The notes under the pieces are model-generated. The model was not told the origin of the DNA. It made no database searches and saw only the letters and a program-made list of their open reading frames with translations. From Oscillospiraceae bacterium (GTDB lineage: Bacteria > Bacillota > Clostridia > UMGS1840): DNA of 64,000 nucleotides. The DNA lies in contig SVKD01000002.1 in the NCBI GenBank assembly GCA_015068645.1, forward strand, positions 55,733-119,732, in the 5' to 3' direction. Positions within the stretch are counted from its first letter, which is position 1; the number at the start of each line of letters is the position of its first letter. A program made the translations under genes and the position numbers. Of this stretch, positions 1 to 10,480 are shown one piece after another.

Positions 1-2
1 CT

Positions 3-527
3 ATGGTAGAAAAACGTCAGCATCCCCTTTGGGCTATGCTTACCAATCAACTGTTATATGCAACTGTTTCCTTTATGATTGTCACCTCTATGGTGGGCAA
101 ATGGCAACAGTTTTTCGGGGCATTCTTTTTTATGCTGTACCTGTCGGGGATTTACAGTTATTCCAGACGGGCAGGCTTTTCTCATCAAAAATCATACAGC
201 AGCATTAAACCCCACATCAAATTCCCCACGGCATATGCCCTGGTGGCACTGGGGTATTTGGTGTTACCGTTGGGAATTGCCTATCTCGCTAAAAACTGGA
301 TTGTGCAACTGATTGTCATCTTTTGGGAAGCCCCCTTTTATTTCGGAAATATGATTGCAGCCTCCGGTGAAATCAACCTGATATCAGCTGCCATTTTTGG
401 CGGATTCATCATTGTGTTTACCTATCTGGGATACTTAGCAGGTGTGAAACAGTTTTATTTCACACCTTATATCACCAAATTGCTGTACCGTCCCGTGAAT
501 AACGAAAACGATAATACAAAGAAATAA
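3..527 (+). CDS. Hypothetical multi-pass membrane protein (start may lie upstream of the window)
   Basis: 174-aa ORF with about four hydrophobic segments; ends 11 bp before thiI. Confidence 0.6.
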   Translation: MVEKRQHPLWAMLTNQLLYATVSFMIVTSMVGKWQQFFGAFFFMLYLSGIYSYSRRAGFSHQKSYSSIKPHIKFPTAYALVALGYLVLPLGIAYLAKNWIVQLIVIFWEAPFYFGNMIAASGEINLISAAIFGGFIIVFTYLGYLAGVKQFYFTPYITKLLYRPVNNENDNTKK

Positions 528-538
528 GGAGCATTTTT

Positions 539-1711
539 ATGCGTAAATTATTGCTTGGAAAATGCGGTGAGCTGGCTTTAAAAGGCTTAAACCGCAGAAA
601 TTTTGAAGACCAACTGTTAAAAAATATCAGAAATCAGTTAAAAGGATTGTTAAAATCCGTGTCCATCCATCAGTCCGCCATTTATATGGAGCCCAATGAG
701 GATGCCGATTTCTACGAAATGCTGGAAAAAGCGAAAAACGTGTTTGGCTTAAAATCTGTATCCGTGGTATATCAGACCGAAAAGGATATGGACATCATTA
801 AAAAAGACGCTTTGGAATTGCTCCGTGATAAATTAACAGGCAAAACCTTTAAAGTGGAAGCAAAACGTGCAGACAAAACCTTTCCCTTGAATTCTCCTGC
901 CATCTGTCAGGAATTGGGCGGATTTTTGCACGATAATATTGAAAATTTAACCGTCAACGTAAAAAAACCCGACATTCAGGTGATGGTGGAAGTCCGTGAA
1001 AAAGGTGCCTACATTTACTTTGAAAAAGAAGAATGTCACGGTGGATTACCCGTTGGCACAGGGGGACGTGGGGTGCTGCTGTTATCAGGCGGTATCGACA
1101 GTCCCGTGGCAGGGTTTATGATGGCAAAACGTGGACTGAAACTGGAAGCCGTTCACTTTTATTCTTATCCCTACACCTCCGAACGTGCCAAACAGAAAGT
1201 AATCACCTTAGCAAGAATTATTGCCAAATACACAGGTCCCTACCGTCTGCACGTGGTACCCTTTACCGATATTCAGTTAGCCATCGGCGAAAAGTGCCGT
1301 GAAGATATGATGACCTTGGTGATGCGCCGTTTTATGATGAAAATTTCCCAGCGTGTGGCAGAGGATAACAACTGCGGTTGCTTAGTAACAGGGGAAAGCT
1401 TAGGGCAGGTGGCAAGTCAGACTATTGAGGGGTTACAGGTGACCAACTCTGCCGTGGATATCCCCGTATTTCGCCCCTTAATCGGGATGGACAAAACCGA
1501 AATTACTGAAATTTCCCGTAAGATGGAAGCTTTTGAAACCTCCATTTTGCCGTATGAAGACTGTTGCACCGTGTTTACCCCCAAGCATCCCAAACTACAT
1601 CCTCGGGTAAAAGACGTGATTTTTGAAGAACAGAAACTGGATATGGATGCATTGATTGAGGAAGCGGTTAAGAATATTGAGAGAGTGCATATTTCAGCAG
1701 AAGACTTATAA
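539..1711 (+). CDS. thiI: tRNA 4-thiouridine(8) synthase ThiI (short form, no rhodanese domain)
   Basis: THUMP region, PP-loop LLSGGIDSPVA, TGESLGQVASQT and PYEDCC motifs. Confidence 0.95.
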   Translation: MRKLLLGKCGELALKGLNRRNFEDQLLKNIRNQLKGLLKSVSIHQSAIYMEPNEDADFYEMLEKAKNVFGLKSVSVVYQTEKDMDIIKKDALELLRDKLTGKTFKVEAKRADKTFPLNSPAICQELGGFLHDNIENLTVNVKKPDIQVMVEVREKGAYIYFEKEECHGGLPVGTGGRGVLLLSGGIDSPVAGFMMAKRGLKLEAVHFYSYPYTSERAKQKVITLARIIAKYTGPYRLHVVPFTDIQLAIGEKCREDMMTLVMRRFMMKISQRVAEDNNCGCLVTGESLGQVASQTIEGLQVTNSAVDIPVFRPLIGMDKTEITEISRKMEAFETSILPYEDCCTVFTPKHPKLHPRVKDVIFEEQKLDMDALIEEAVKNIERVHISAEDL

Positions 1712-1828
1712 AATAATGAACAATGAAGAATGAAAAATGAATAATTGCGGTGGCAGGCGGAGCCTGCATTCTAATGCGCCCGTTGGGCGCCACCATGATT
1801 ATTCACTATTCACTATTCATTCTTCACT
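1712..1828. repeat. Family A palindromic element with heptamer-repeat arms
   Basis: (AATGAAN)n-ATAATTGCGGTGGCAGG...CACCAT-(ATTCACT)n fills the thiI-U32 intergenic space. Confidence 0.8.
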
Positions 1829-1843
1829 AAAGAGGAATGTATT

Positions 1844-3916
1844 ATGAAGATTTTATCACCTGCGGGTTCCTACGAATCCATGGTCGCTGCCGTAAAAACG
1901 GGAGCGGATGCGGTATATTTAGGACTCGATTCCTTTAACGCCAGAGCAGGCGCCGAAAATTTTACCGAAGAAAGCTTAAAAGATGCCGTATTCTACTGCC
2001 ACAAACGAGGCGTAGAAGTTTTTGTGACCTTAAATACCTTGGTTTACGATAACGAAATTGCTCAGATTACCAAAATCATTGATGTGATTTACAATTCCCT
2101 GGCAGACGGAGTTATCGTGCAGGACTGGGGTGTGGCAAATCTTGTTAGAAAAATTGCACCCGATTTGCGTCTTGTGGCATCCACTCAGATGACCGTCAAC
2201 AACTTAGCAGGGGTAAAACTTCTGGAAAAAGAAGGGTTTGACACGGTGGTGCTTCCCCGTGAATTATCCCGTGCCGAAATTGAAAAAATCAGAAAAGCAA
2301 CTGACATCAATATTGAAGTGTTTGCCCACGGTGCCTTATGTGTGTGCTATTCGGGGCAATGCTTAATGTCCAGCTTTATCGGTGAGCGAAGCGGAAACCG
2401 TGGCAAATGTGCGCAACCCTGCCGTATGTTCTATGAAACCCAGCAGAAAAAAGGAGCGTTACTTTCTCCCAAGGATTTAATGCTTTTAGACTATCTGCCC
2501 GAGCTGGAAGAAATGGGCGTGGATGTGATTAAATTAGAGGGCAGATTAAAAAGCAAATACTACACTGCCGCTATCACTGATGTGTATCGCAGAGCATTGG
2601 ATTCGGGCGAAGTATCGGAAGAAGATTACGCCATTATTGAAGCCTCTTTTAACCGTGGCGGATATACCCCGGGCTACTATGACGGCATTACCGATAAAAA
2701 TCTTTTTAATTTCTATAAAAATGAAAATCCCTACTCCAGAGAAACCAAAAAAATGGAGCGTTACTATGACCAGATTTTAAATAAAGACCGTGAATTTTCT
2801 CAGATTCCCGTGTCGGTTTCTCTGTTTTTGGAACTGGATAAACCTGTGAAAGCAGAACTGCTGTTAGGGGAAGATGTATATCCGTTCACTGTGGATATTT
2901 GTCCCCAACTGGCGCAAAATGCACCCGTAACCCGTGAAAAGCTGATTGACCAGCTCACCAAAACGGGGAACGAAACCTTCTGTTTTGAAGAAATCGAAAT
3001 TGTGTTGGCAGACGAAACACCTCTGTTTTTAAGTGTTTCCCAGATGAATGCCATCCGCCGTGAAATCGGGGCATATTTGGATAGCTTATTCCAGTTTGAA
3101 CGCCATATTGAACCCTATTCTTATCAGATGAGAAAGCGTAAAACCACCGACGAAATTGAGTATTACTGCACCGTTTCCACTGCTTTTCAGCTAAAATGGG
3201 TGCGAGAATGTTGGGACAAGTTGGTGTTTGCCAAAGCAGACGTGATTGAAGAATACATCCAAAAATACGGTGAAATTGAAAATGTGGGTCTGTGGTGCGA
3301 GCGAATCGCCACCGACAAACAGATTTCAAAAGCCCGTGCCTTTTTAACCAAACATCCCGAAATTACCAACGTTTTGGTTGGCAATATCGGGTATCTCAAT
3401 GCCTTTGATTCTTTTGGCAGTAAATATCATCTCTACTGTGATTACACCTTCAATGTAACCAATTCTTTATCTGCAAAGTATTTAGAAGAACACGGCGTAA
3501 AAAATGTGACTGCTTCGGTGGAAGCAAATTTAAAGAATGTGAAAAACATTATCACCGATTCTGCCGACTTAACTGTGCTTGGCTATGGTCAGATTCCCCT
3601 GATGATTACCAAATCCTGCATAAAATCCAACATTCGTGGCAAATGTAATCCCAATGATCTGGTGATGAAAGACAGAAAAGGCGAAGAATTTATCATCGCC
3701 TGCGAAAACTGCTCTCAGAATGCCATCTATAATCCCTATCCCATTATGATGTCGGATAAGTTAAACGACCTTCGTGCCGCAGGAATTGGTTCTGTGAGAC
3801 TGCACTTTTTCAGAGAAAACAAGGCACAGGTTCAGGAAATTATCCATTCCTTTAAAATGGAGCAGAATCCCTTAACCCGCTATACCAGAGGCCATTATTA
3901 CAGAGGAGCTTATTAA
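1844..3916 (+). CDS. U32-family Fe-S protein with DUF3656-like extension (RlhA-like RNA hydroxylase candidate)
   Basis: ILSPAG start, GADAVYLG, HGALCVCYSGQC...RGKCAQPCR cysteine cluster, LSPKDL, KLEGRLK; 690 aa. Confidence 0.85.
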   Translation: MKILSPAGSYESMVAAVKTGADAVYLGLDSFNARAGAENFTEESLKDAVFYCHKRGVEVFVTLNTLVYDNEIAQITKIIDVIYNSLADGVIVQDWGVANLVRKIAPDLRLVASTQMTVNNLAGVKLLEKEGFDTVVLPRELSRAEIEKIRKATDINIEVFAHGALCVCYSGQCLMSSFIGERSGNRGKCAQPCRMFYETQQKKGALLSPKDLMLLDYLPELEEMGVDVIKLEGRLKSKYYTAAITDVYRRALDSGEVSEEDYAIIEASFNRGGYTPGYYDGITDKNLFNFYKNENPYSRETKKMERYYDQILNKDREFSQIPVSVSLFLELDKPVKAELLLGEDVYPFTVDICPQLAQNAPVTREKLIDQLTKTGNETFCFEEIEIVLADETPLFLSVSQMNAIRREIGAYLDSLFQFERHIEPYSYQMRKRKTTDEIEYYCTVSTAFQLKWVRECWDKLVFAKADVIEEYIQKYGEIENVGLWCERIATDKQISKARAFLTKHPEITNVLVGNIGYLNAFDSFGSKYHLYCDYTFNVTNSLSAKYLEEHGVKNVTASVEANLKNVKNIITDSADLTVLGYGQIPLMITKSCIKSNIRGKCNPNDLVMKDRKGEEFIIACENCSQNAIYNPYPIMMSDKLNDLRAAGIGSVRLHFFRENKAQVQEIIHSFKMEQNPLTRYTRGHYYRGAY

Positions 3917-3920
3917 AAAC

Positions 3921-4346
3921 ATGAAAAATGAATTTATGCTCCTTGCCATAGAAGAAGCAAAAAAGGATAAAAACGAGGTGCCTGTGGGTGCCGTGTTGGT
4001 GAAAAATAAAGAAGTAATCGCCACAGCACACAATGAATGTGTGGCGCAAAACGGTATCTGCCACGCAGAGCTTTTGGTAATTGAACGAGGACTTTCTAAA
4101 CTTGGAACCACCTATTTGGAGGATTGCGAATTATATGTGACCAAAGAACCCTGTTTAATGTGCTTTGGTGCTACCGTGAATGCCAGAGTAAAGCGGGTGT
4201 ATTTCGGGTGCTATGACACCAAATACGGTGCTATGGAGTACATCGAAAAGCTTGGCTATCTTCATAAAATCAATCACGTTCCCGAAATTTACGGGGGCAT
4301 TATGGAAACAGAATGCAAAACCTTACTGGAGGAATTCTTCCAATGA
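3921..4346 (+). CDS. tadA: tRNA adenosine(34) deaminase TadA
   Basis: EVPVGAV, HAE and PCLMC zinc-deaminase motifs. Confidence 0.88.
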   Translation: MKNEFMLLAIEEAKKDKNEVPVGAVLVKNKEVIATAHNECVAQNGICHAELLVIERGLSKLGTTYLEDCELYVTKEPCLMCFGATVNARVKRVYFGCYDTKYGAMEYIEKLGYLHKINHVPEIYGGIMETECKTLLEEFFQ

Positions 4347-5911
4347 TTTTTTTAGTAAAGGATATCAAGCTTCCTGTCAGTTATACGGATGAGGAAGCAA
4401 TTTCCTATCTCACAAACACGTACTTTCCCAAAGGAAAGGTGACTGTTTATAAAAAATCGGTAGATGCCCGTAAAAAAGAGGACATCTGTTTCGTATATAC
4501 TTTTTTGGTGGAAGAAGATAGCAAAAGGATTCCGCCAAAACTAAAAAAGAAAACCGCTCCGTATCAAGAGAAAAAGCTGTCCGTCACCTATGGTGACGAA
4601 CCGCTGCCCAACCGCCCTGTGGTGGTGGGTGCAGGTCCGGGCGGTCTTTTTTGTGCCTACCTACTTGCCAAAAACGGCTACGCTCCCATTGTGTTGGAGC
4701 GTGGAGAACCCATTGAAGAACGAGTGAAAACCGTGGACGCTTTTTTTTCGGGGAAACCCTTAAACAAAGAATCCAATGTACAATTCGGCGAGGGTGGTGC
4801 AGGTGCATTTTCCGACGGAAAGCTGACCACCCGAATCAATGACCCCCTCTCTTCCGAAGTGGTACGGTTACTGGCAAAACACAGCGATTTGCCTCATCTT
4901 GCCTATCAGGCAAAACCTCATATCGGAACGGACAAACTAAGAACCTGCGTAAAAAGTTTACGAGAAGAAATTATCCGTTTGGGCGGTACTTTTTCTTTCA
5001 ATAGCCGTCTCTCTGACATTAGCATTACCAACAATAAAATCACCTCTGTTACGGTAAATGATACTGAAACAATCCTTGCATCCGTGGTGGTATTGGCAAC
5101 GGGACACAGTGCTAAGGACGTTTACGCACTCCTTCATCAAAAGGAAATTCCTTTATCAAAAAAGGCATTTTCCGTGGGTGCCAGAGTGGAGCATTTCAGA
5201 GAAACCATTGATAAAATTCAATACGGCTCTTTCGCAGGGCATCCCAACTTAGGGGCGGCAGACTATCAGGTGTTTCACCACTGCCAAAACGGGCATACGG
5301 CGTATAGCTTCTGTATGTGTCCCGGTGGTGTGGTAGTGCCCAGCCAGTCAGAAGAGGAATCCATTTTGGTCAACGGCATGAGTTACCTTGCCCGTGACGG
5401 CAAAAATTCCAATTCTGCCCTTTGCGTGTCGGTGTCTCCCGAAGATTTTGGTGACGGACTCTTTGACGGTCTTCATTTTATTGAAAATTTAGAGAAAAAA
5501 GCGTATCAAATGGCAGGTGCCAACAATCGGGCACCCTTTACCACATCTTTTGATTTTACAGGCGTAACACCCCGAGGTAAATACCCCGAACCCACCTATG
5601 CTCTGGGAGTAACTGAAGTTTCTTTTGATAAACTGTTTCCCTCTTTTATCACCGATGCATTAAGAGAGGGGCTACAAGCCTTCGATAGAAAAATGCCCGG
5701 CTTTTTAAGCCAGGGTTGCGTGTTTACGGGAGTGGAAACCCGAACTTCTTCTCCCCTTCGCATCAACCGTAACGAAGCACTCCAATCGGAGAAAGCCACG
5801 GGCTTATACCCTTGCGGAGAGGGAGCAGGCTATGCAGGCGGTATCGTGTCTGCGGCGGTGGACGGAATGAAAATCGCCGTGAAAATTATGGAATCTTTTA
5901 AACCGTTTTAA
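4343..5911 (+). CDS. Uncharacterised FAD/NAD(P)-dependent oxidoreductase (COG2509-like)
   Basis: VVGAGPGG, QFGEGGAGAFSDGKL, FCMCPGG, GVETRTSSP, GEGAGYAGGIVSAAVDG; ATGA overlap with the tadA stop supports start 4343. Confidence 0.85.
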   Translation: MIFLVKDIKLPVSYTDEEAISYLTNTYFPKGKVTVYKKSVDARKKEDICFVYTFLVEEDSKRIPPKLKKKTAPYQEKKLSVTYGDEPLPNRPVVVGAGPGGLFCAYLLAKNGYAPIVLERGEPIEERVKTVDAFFSGKPLNKESNVQFGEGGAGAFSDGKLTTRINDPLSSEVVRLLAKHSDLPHLAYQAKPHIGTDKLRTCVKSLREEIIRLGGTFSFNSRLSDISITNNKITSVTVNDTETILASVVVLATGHSAKDVYALLHQKEIPLSKKAFSVGARVEHFRETIDKIQYGSFAGHPNLGAADYQVFHHCQNGHTAYSFCMCPGGVVVPSQSEEESILVNGMSYLARDGKNSNSALCVSVSPEDFGDGLFDGLHFIENLEKKAYQMAGANNRAPFTTSFDFTGVTPRGKYPEPTYALGVTEVSFDKLFPSFITDALREGLQAFDRKMPGFLSQGCVFTGVETRTSSPLRINRNEALQSEKATGLYPCGEGAGYAGGIVSAAVDGMKIAVKIMESFKPF

Positions 5912-5924
5912 ATAAGTATCAAAC

Positions 5925-6800
5925 ATGAAAAAAATGAAATCATTATCCACGCTGATGATTCTCTTAGCCGCTGTGTTTTGGGGAATTATCGGACTATTTG
6001 TAAAATACTTAACTCCCTACGGCTACACTTCGGCAGAGCTTGTGGCGCTTCGGTCTTTGGTGACGGCAGTAAGCTTATTTGCTCTGCTTATCCTTACCAA
6101 TCCGAAAAAATTAAAAATTAAAATCCGTCATCTTTGGTACTTTTTGGGAACGGGATTTTTTAGTTTTGTGTTCTTTAATCTGTGCTACTTTCAGGCAATG
6201 AACTATTCCTCTCTTTCGGTAGCGGCAATTTTGTTATACACCGCTCCCTTTTTCGTGATGGGAATGTCTTGCGTATTTTTTCGGGAGAAAATCACTCGCC
6301 AAAAACTGTTGGCGCTTTTCATGGCATTTTTGGGATGCGTGGCGGTGTCGGGCGTGTTGGAGGGCGGCGGTTCCATTTCCGCAGAAGGACTTCTTTGGGG
6401 ACTTGGTTCCGGTCTCGGCTATGCGCTCTACTCCATTTTTGCCAAATTTGCCTTAAAAAAGTATGATACCTTAACGGTTATCACATATACTTTTTTGGTG
6501 GCAACGGTAGGTTCATTCTTTTTAATCAATCCCACTCATACGGTAGGAGTTCTGCAGCTTCACCCCCAAAGCATCTGTCTTTTGGTGGTATATGGCATCC
6601 TAACCGGTGCCGCAGCCTATTACTGTTACACCAAGGGACTGGAACACACTCCCCCTGCCAAAGCGTCGGTAATTGCCACGGCAGAACCCGTGGTGGCAAC
6701 CTTATGCGGAGCGTTTTTCTTTGGCGAAATCCCCTCTGTGTTTGGGATTTTTGGAATTTTTTTGGTAATATTTGCAGTATTGTATTTACAAAAGCAATAG
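5925..6800 (+). CDS. EamA/DMT family transporter
   Basis: Ten hydrophobic segments in two repeats; AILLYTAPFFV and ASVIATAEPVVA motifs. Confidence 0.88.
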   Translation: MKKMKSLSTLMILLAAVFWGIIGLFVKYLTPYGYTSAELVALRSLVTAVSLFALLILTNPKKLKIKIRHLWYFLGTGFFSFVFFNLCYFQAMNYSSLSVAAILLYTAPFFVMGMSCVFFREKITRQKLLALFMAFLGCVAVSGVLEGGGSISAEGLLWGLGSGLGYALYSIFAKFALKKYDTLTVITYTFLVATVGSFFLINPTHTVGVLQLHPQSICLLVVYGILTGAAAYYCYTKGLEHTPPAKASVIATAEPVVATLCGAFFFGEIPSVFGIFGIFLVIFAVLYLQKQ

Positions 6801-6903
6801 GCTTGAAAAATGGCGCACAATCCGTAAATCTCACCGCTCGGCATACAGTGAGTATGCCTTCGGGATTCGATTTCCGAATTCTGCATCCATTTTTCTTCAC
6901 CTT
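6801..6903 (-). repeat. Family C repeat (MITE-like) copy, abutting EamA stop
   Basis: GCTTGAAAAATGGCGC terminus; GGCATAC/GTATGCC core hairpin; CACCTT other end. Confidence 0.85.
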
Positions 6904-6915
6904 GCTTTCTATTCT

Positions 6916-6953
6916 AAAAAAAAGACGAAATTCTAAAAGAATTTCGTCTTTTT
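6916..6953. terminator. Bidirectional intrinsic terminator (repeated family AAAAGACGAAATTCT...AGAATTTCGTCTTTT)
   Basis: Perfect stem with A and T tracts on both sides, between convergent EamA and purC. Confidence 0.85.
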
Positions 6954-6969
6954 CTTTTTTCACTATCTG

Positions 6970-7086
6970 AGGCGCAGGTAAAACGATGCAAAATGGAGAA
7001 ACCGAACCCGCAGGGGTTATCCGAAGGCGTACGTACTGTACGCCGAGCGATGAGGTTCATCCATTTGGCGCGTTTTAACAAGCCGC
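6970..7086 (+). repeat. Family C repeat copy, abutting purC stop
   Basis: AGGCGCAG...GGGTTATCCGAAGGCGTAC-GTACGCCGAG...TTTTAACAAGCCG then TTA (purC stop). Confidence 0.85.
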
Positions 7087-7770
7087 TTATCTATTGAGAA
7101 TTAATTTAGTCAATTCAATGGGAGAAACAATTTCGCCGTCCTTATAAACTCTCATGTTACCGGAAGCGATTTCGTCAATCAGGATAACTTCGTCATTGTT
7201 GTAACCGAATTCAAATTTGATATCCCATAAATCCAGACCGATGGTTTTTAAATCGTCTGCCACGATTTTGGTGATTTTTAAGGTCTGTTCTTTCATATCT
7301 TCAAACATTTTGGGGCTCATAACGCCTAATGCTGCCAGACCTTCGCCGGTTACTAACGGATCGCCTTTTTCGTCATTTTTGAAAGTACATTCCACATAGC
7401 CACCTTCTAAAGGAGTGCCATCTTCAATGTATTCGCCGTATCTTCTGATGAAGCTGCCGGTTGCAACCAATCTGCAGATTACTTCCAAACCGTGACCAAA
7501 TACTTTACCGGGAAGCACTTCCATGGTAGCATCTTCCACATTTGCGCTAACATAGTGGGTTTTAATGCCTGCTTTTTTTAATAAATCAAAATAATAAATA
7601 GAAGTTCTTAAATTTTCTCTGCCGATGCCTTCGATGGTTAAGCCAACAGAGTTTTCGCCGGGGTCAAACACACCGTCTTTGCCGGTGCAATCGTCTTTAA
7701 ATTTTAACAGTACATTGCCGTTATCTAAGCTGAACACGTCTTTGGTTTTGCCTTCGTAAATTTTTTTCAT
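7087..7770 (-). CDS. purC: Phosphoribosylaminoimidazole-succinocarboxamide synthase
   Basis: [39 protein letters not shown] synthetase motifs. Confidence 0.9.
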   Translation of the reverse strand: MKKIYEGKTKDVFSLDNGNVLLKFKDDCTGKDGVFDPGENSVGLTIEGIGRENLRTSIYYFDLLKKAGIKTHYVSANVEDATMEVLPGKVFGHGLEVICRLVATGSFIRRYGEYIEDGTPLEGGYVECTFKNDEKGDPLVTGEGLAALGVMSPKMFEDMKEQTLKITKIVADDLKTIGLDLWDIKFEFGYNNDEVILIDEIASGNMRVYKDGEIVSPIELTKLILNR

Positions 7771-7972
7771 TGGTTTGTACCCCTTTTCTTTTTAGAAATC
7801 AGATTTTAAACTCTTTTTATTTTACCACGTTTTTTTGAAAAATTCAATATTTTCTTTTTATAAATTCCCATTTTTTTAAAATTTTATGAAATTTTCTATA
7901 GAATTAGTGTGTAAGGTTGGAAAAAATCGTGAAAATTGAATAAGAAACCCAAATAAAAAAGTGGGTTTTTGG

Positions 7973-8001
7973 TTGACATTTCTATTGTTTTAGTATAAAA
8001 T
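7973..8001 (+). promoter_or_regulatory. Sigma-A-type promoter of fucI
   Basis: TTGACA-17 bp-TAAAAT. Confidence 0.6.
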
Positions 8002-8062
8002 AACAATGATAGGACAAACTGATTTATATGAAAATTTATAACATAAACGGAGGAAAAATGCT

Positions 8063-9856
8063 ATGGCAGAAAACAGATTAATCGGTTCTTACCCCGTAAT
8101 CGGCATCCGTCCCACCATTGATGGCAGACGCGGTGTGTTAAAAGTAAGAGAATCCTTAGAAGATCAGACCATGAATATGGCAAAAGCAGCTGCAAAACTG
8201 TTCACCGAAAACCTAAAATATTCCAACGGTGAACCCGTGAAAGTTGTTATCGCAGACACCACCATCGGCCGTGTGGCAGAAGCAGCAGCTTGTGCAGACA
8301 AATTCAAAAAAGAAGGTGTAGACATCACCTTAACCGTTACTCCCTGCTGGTGCTACGGTTCCGAAACCATGGATATGGACAAAAACACCATCAAAGCTGT
8401 TTGGGGCTTTAACGGTACCGAAAGACCCGGCGCTGTATATTTAGCAGCAGTGTTGGCAGGTCACGCACAGAAAGGCTTACCTGCATTCGGCATTTACGGA
8501 CACGATGTTCAGGATGCAACCGACACCTCTATCCCCGCAGACGTTCAGGAAAAACTGTTACGGTTCGGTCGTGCAGCAGTTGCAGCAGCAACTATGAGAG
8601 GCAAATCCTATCTGCAGATTGGTTCTATCTGTATGGGTATCGCAGGTTCTATCATTGACACCGATTTCATCGAAGAATATCTGGGCATGAGAGTGGAATC
8701 TGTTGACGAGGTAGAAATCATCCGTCGAATGACCGAAGGCATCTATGATGAAAAAGAATATCAGAAAGCTTTAGCTTGGGCAAAAGAAAAATGCAATATG
8801 GGCTTTGATAAAAACCCCGAAGACTTGCAGTTATCCGCCGAAGAAAAAGAAGAACAGTTTGCTTTCGTTGTAAAAATGATGTGTATCATCAAAGACTTAA
8901 TGAACGGCAACAAAAATCTGCCCGAAGGCTGCGAAGAAGAAATGGTTGGTCACAACGCTATCGCAGCTGGCTTCCAGGGGCAGAGACAGTGGACCGACTT
9001 CTATCCCAACTGTGACTTCCCCGAAGCAATGTTAAACACTTCTTTCGACTGGAACGGCGCAAGAGAACCCTATATCTTAGCAACTGAAAACGACGTGTTA
9101 AACGGTATCGGTATGCTCTTTGGTAAACTCTTAACCAACCGTGCACAGATGTTTGCAGACGTTAGAACCTACTGGAGCGGTGACGCAGTGAAAAAAGCAA
9201 CCGGTTATGATATCGAAGGCAAAGCCAAAGAAGCAGACGGTTTCATTCACTTAATCAACTCCGGTGCTTGCTGTCTGGATGCTTGTGGCGCAGTGAAAGA
9301 CGAAAACGGCGACGCAGTGATGAAACCCTGGTATGAAATGACCCAGGCTGATCAGGATGCAGTTATGGCTTCCACCACCTGGAATATGGCAGACTTAGGC
9401 TACTTCCGTGGCGGCGGTTTCTCCTCCAGATTCTTAACCAAAGCGCAGATGCCTGCTACTATGATTCGTTTGAACTTAGTAAAAGGCTTAGGCCCCGTTC
9501 TTCAGATTGCAGAAGGTTGGACCATTGACCTGCCCGATGATGTTTCCGATAAATTATGGAAACGTACCGACTACACCTGGCCCTGCACCTGGTTTGCTCC
9601 GAGATGTACCGGTGAAGGCGCATTCAAAACCGCTTATGACGTGATGAATAACTGGGGTGCAAACCACGGCGCAATTTCTTACGGTCATATCGGTGCAGAC
9701 TTAATCACTCTGTGCTCCATCTTAAGAATTCCCGTATGTATGCACAACGTTCCCGAAGAAAAAATCTTCCGTCCTGCCGCTTGGAATGCATTCGGTATGG
9801 ATAAAGAAGGTCAGGATTACAGAGCTTGTGAAACCTACGGACCTCTGTATAAGTAA
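8063..9856 (+). CDS. fucI: L-fucose (D-arabinose) isomerase
   Basis: [46 protein letters not shown] motifs. Confidence 0.96.
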   Translation: MAENRLIGSYPVIGIRPTIDGRRGVLKVRESLEDQTMNMAKAAAKLFTENLKYSNGEPVKVVIADTTIGRVAEAAACADKFKKEGVDITLTVTPCWCYGSETMDMDKNTIKAVWGFNGTERPGAVYLAAVLAGHAQKGLPAFGIYGHDVQDATDTSIPADVQEKLLRFGRAAVAAATMRGKSYLQIGSICMGIAGSIIDTDFIEEYLGMRVESVDEVEIIRRMTEGIYDEKEYQKALAWAKEKCNMGFDKNPEDLQLSAEEKEEQFAFVVKMMCIIKDLMNGNKNLPEGCEEEMVGHNAIAAGFQGQRQWTDFYPNCDFPEAMLNTSFDWNGAREPYILATENDVLNGIGMLFGKLLTNRAQMFADVRTYWSGDAVKKATGYDIEGKAKEADGFIHLINSGACCLDACGAVKDENGDAVMKPWYEMTQADQDAVMASTTWNMADLGYFRGGGFSSRFLTKAQMPATMIRLNLVKGLGPVLQIAEGWTIDLPDDVSDKLWKRTDYTWPCTWFAPRCTGEGAFKTAYDVMNNWGANHGAISYGHIGADLITLCSILRIPVCMHNVPEEKIFRPAAWNAFGMDKEGQDYRACETYGPLYK

Positions 9857-10110
9857 GGGCTTGTAAAATTACCGAGATTGCAAAAGGCATAGGATTTTTT
9901 CCTGTGCCTTTTTCATAGCCTTCCCCTCGAGGGGAAGGGGGACCGCTTGCGGTGGATGAGGTGTTTTTCTAAAGTGAAAATTTGTTAGCACAAATTTTAA
10001 TTTGAAATGCCTTTTGCTATCAACCAACCTCGCCTCTCGGCGTACCTATGTACGCCTTCGGGTAACCCCTGCGGGCTCGGTTGATTGATTCTCGGAAATT
10101 TTCCTACACC
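9857..10110 (-). repeat. Family C long variant, abutting fucI stop, with family B element inserted at 9918-9963
   Basis: GGCTTGTAAAA terminus at 9858; core CTCGGCGTAC-GTACGCCTTCGGGTAACCC; GCCTTTTGCTATC segment shared with other long copies. Confidence 0.8.
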
Positions 10111-10149
10111 CCGTAAAAAGAAATAGGCTCAATAAAAGGCACCAAACAG

Positions 10150-10214
10150 ATTAACTTCACCACTCGCTGTACCGGTTCAGTTTCTCTGTTTTGCATCCTT
10201 TTCTCATCGCCTTA
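10150..10214 (-). repeat. Family C short deleted copy
   Basis: CTCGCTGTAC...TTTTGCATCCTTTTCTCATCGCCTT matches the outer end of family C. Confidence 0.6.
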
Positions 10215-10229
10215 TGGATGAGCAATAAT

Positions 10230-10270
10230 AAAAAGACGAAATTCTAATCAAAGAATTTCGTCTTTTTTTT
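10230..10270. terminator. Bidirectional terminator, same stem as 6916-6953
   Basis: AAAAGACGAAATTCT-aatcaa-AGAATTTCGTCTTTT. Confidence 0.85.
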
Positions 10271-10279
10271 CTATAATGT

Positions 10280-10480
10280 AAGGTGCGGAAAAAGGACTTA
10301 GAATTCATCAATCGAGCCCGCAGGGGTTACCCGAAGGCGTACATTGGTACGCCGAGAGGCTCGATTGGTGGATAGCAAAAGGCATTCTAATCAAATTGTT
10401 TGCAAAACAATTTCACCTTAGAAACAAAAAGGCACAGGAAAATCCTATGCCTTTTGCGGTCTATGTTCTTTTTCAAGCCG
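10280..10480 (+). repeat. Family C long variant, abutting malic enzyme stop
   Basis: AAGGTGCGG...GGGTTACCCGAAGGCGTACATTGGTACGCCGAG...TTCAAGCCG then TTA. Confidence 0.85.
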
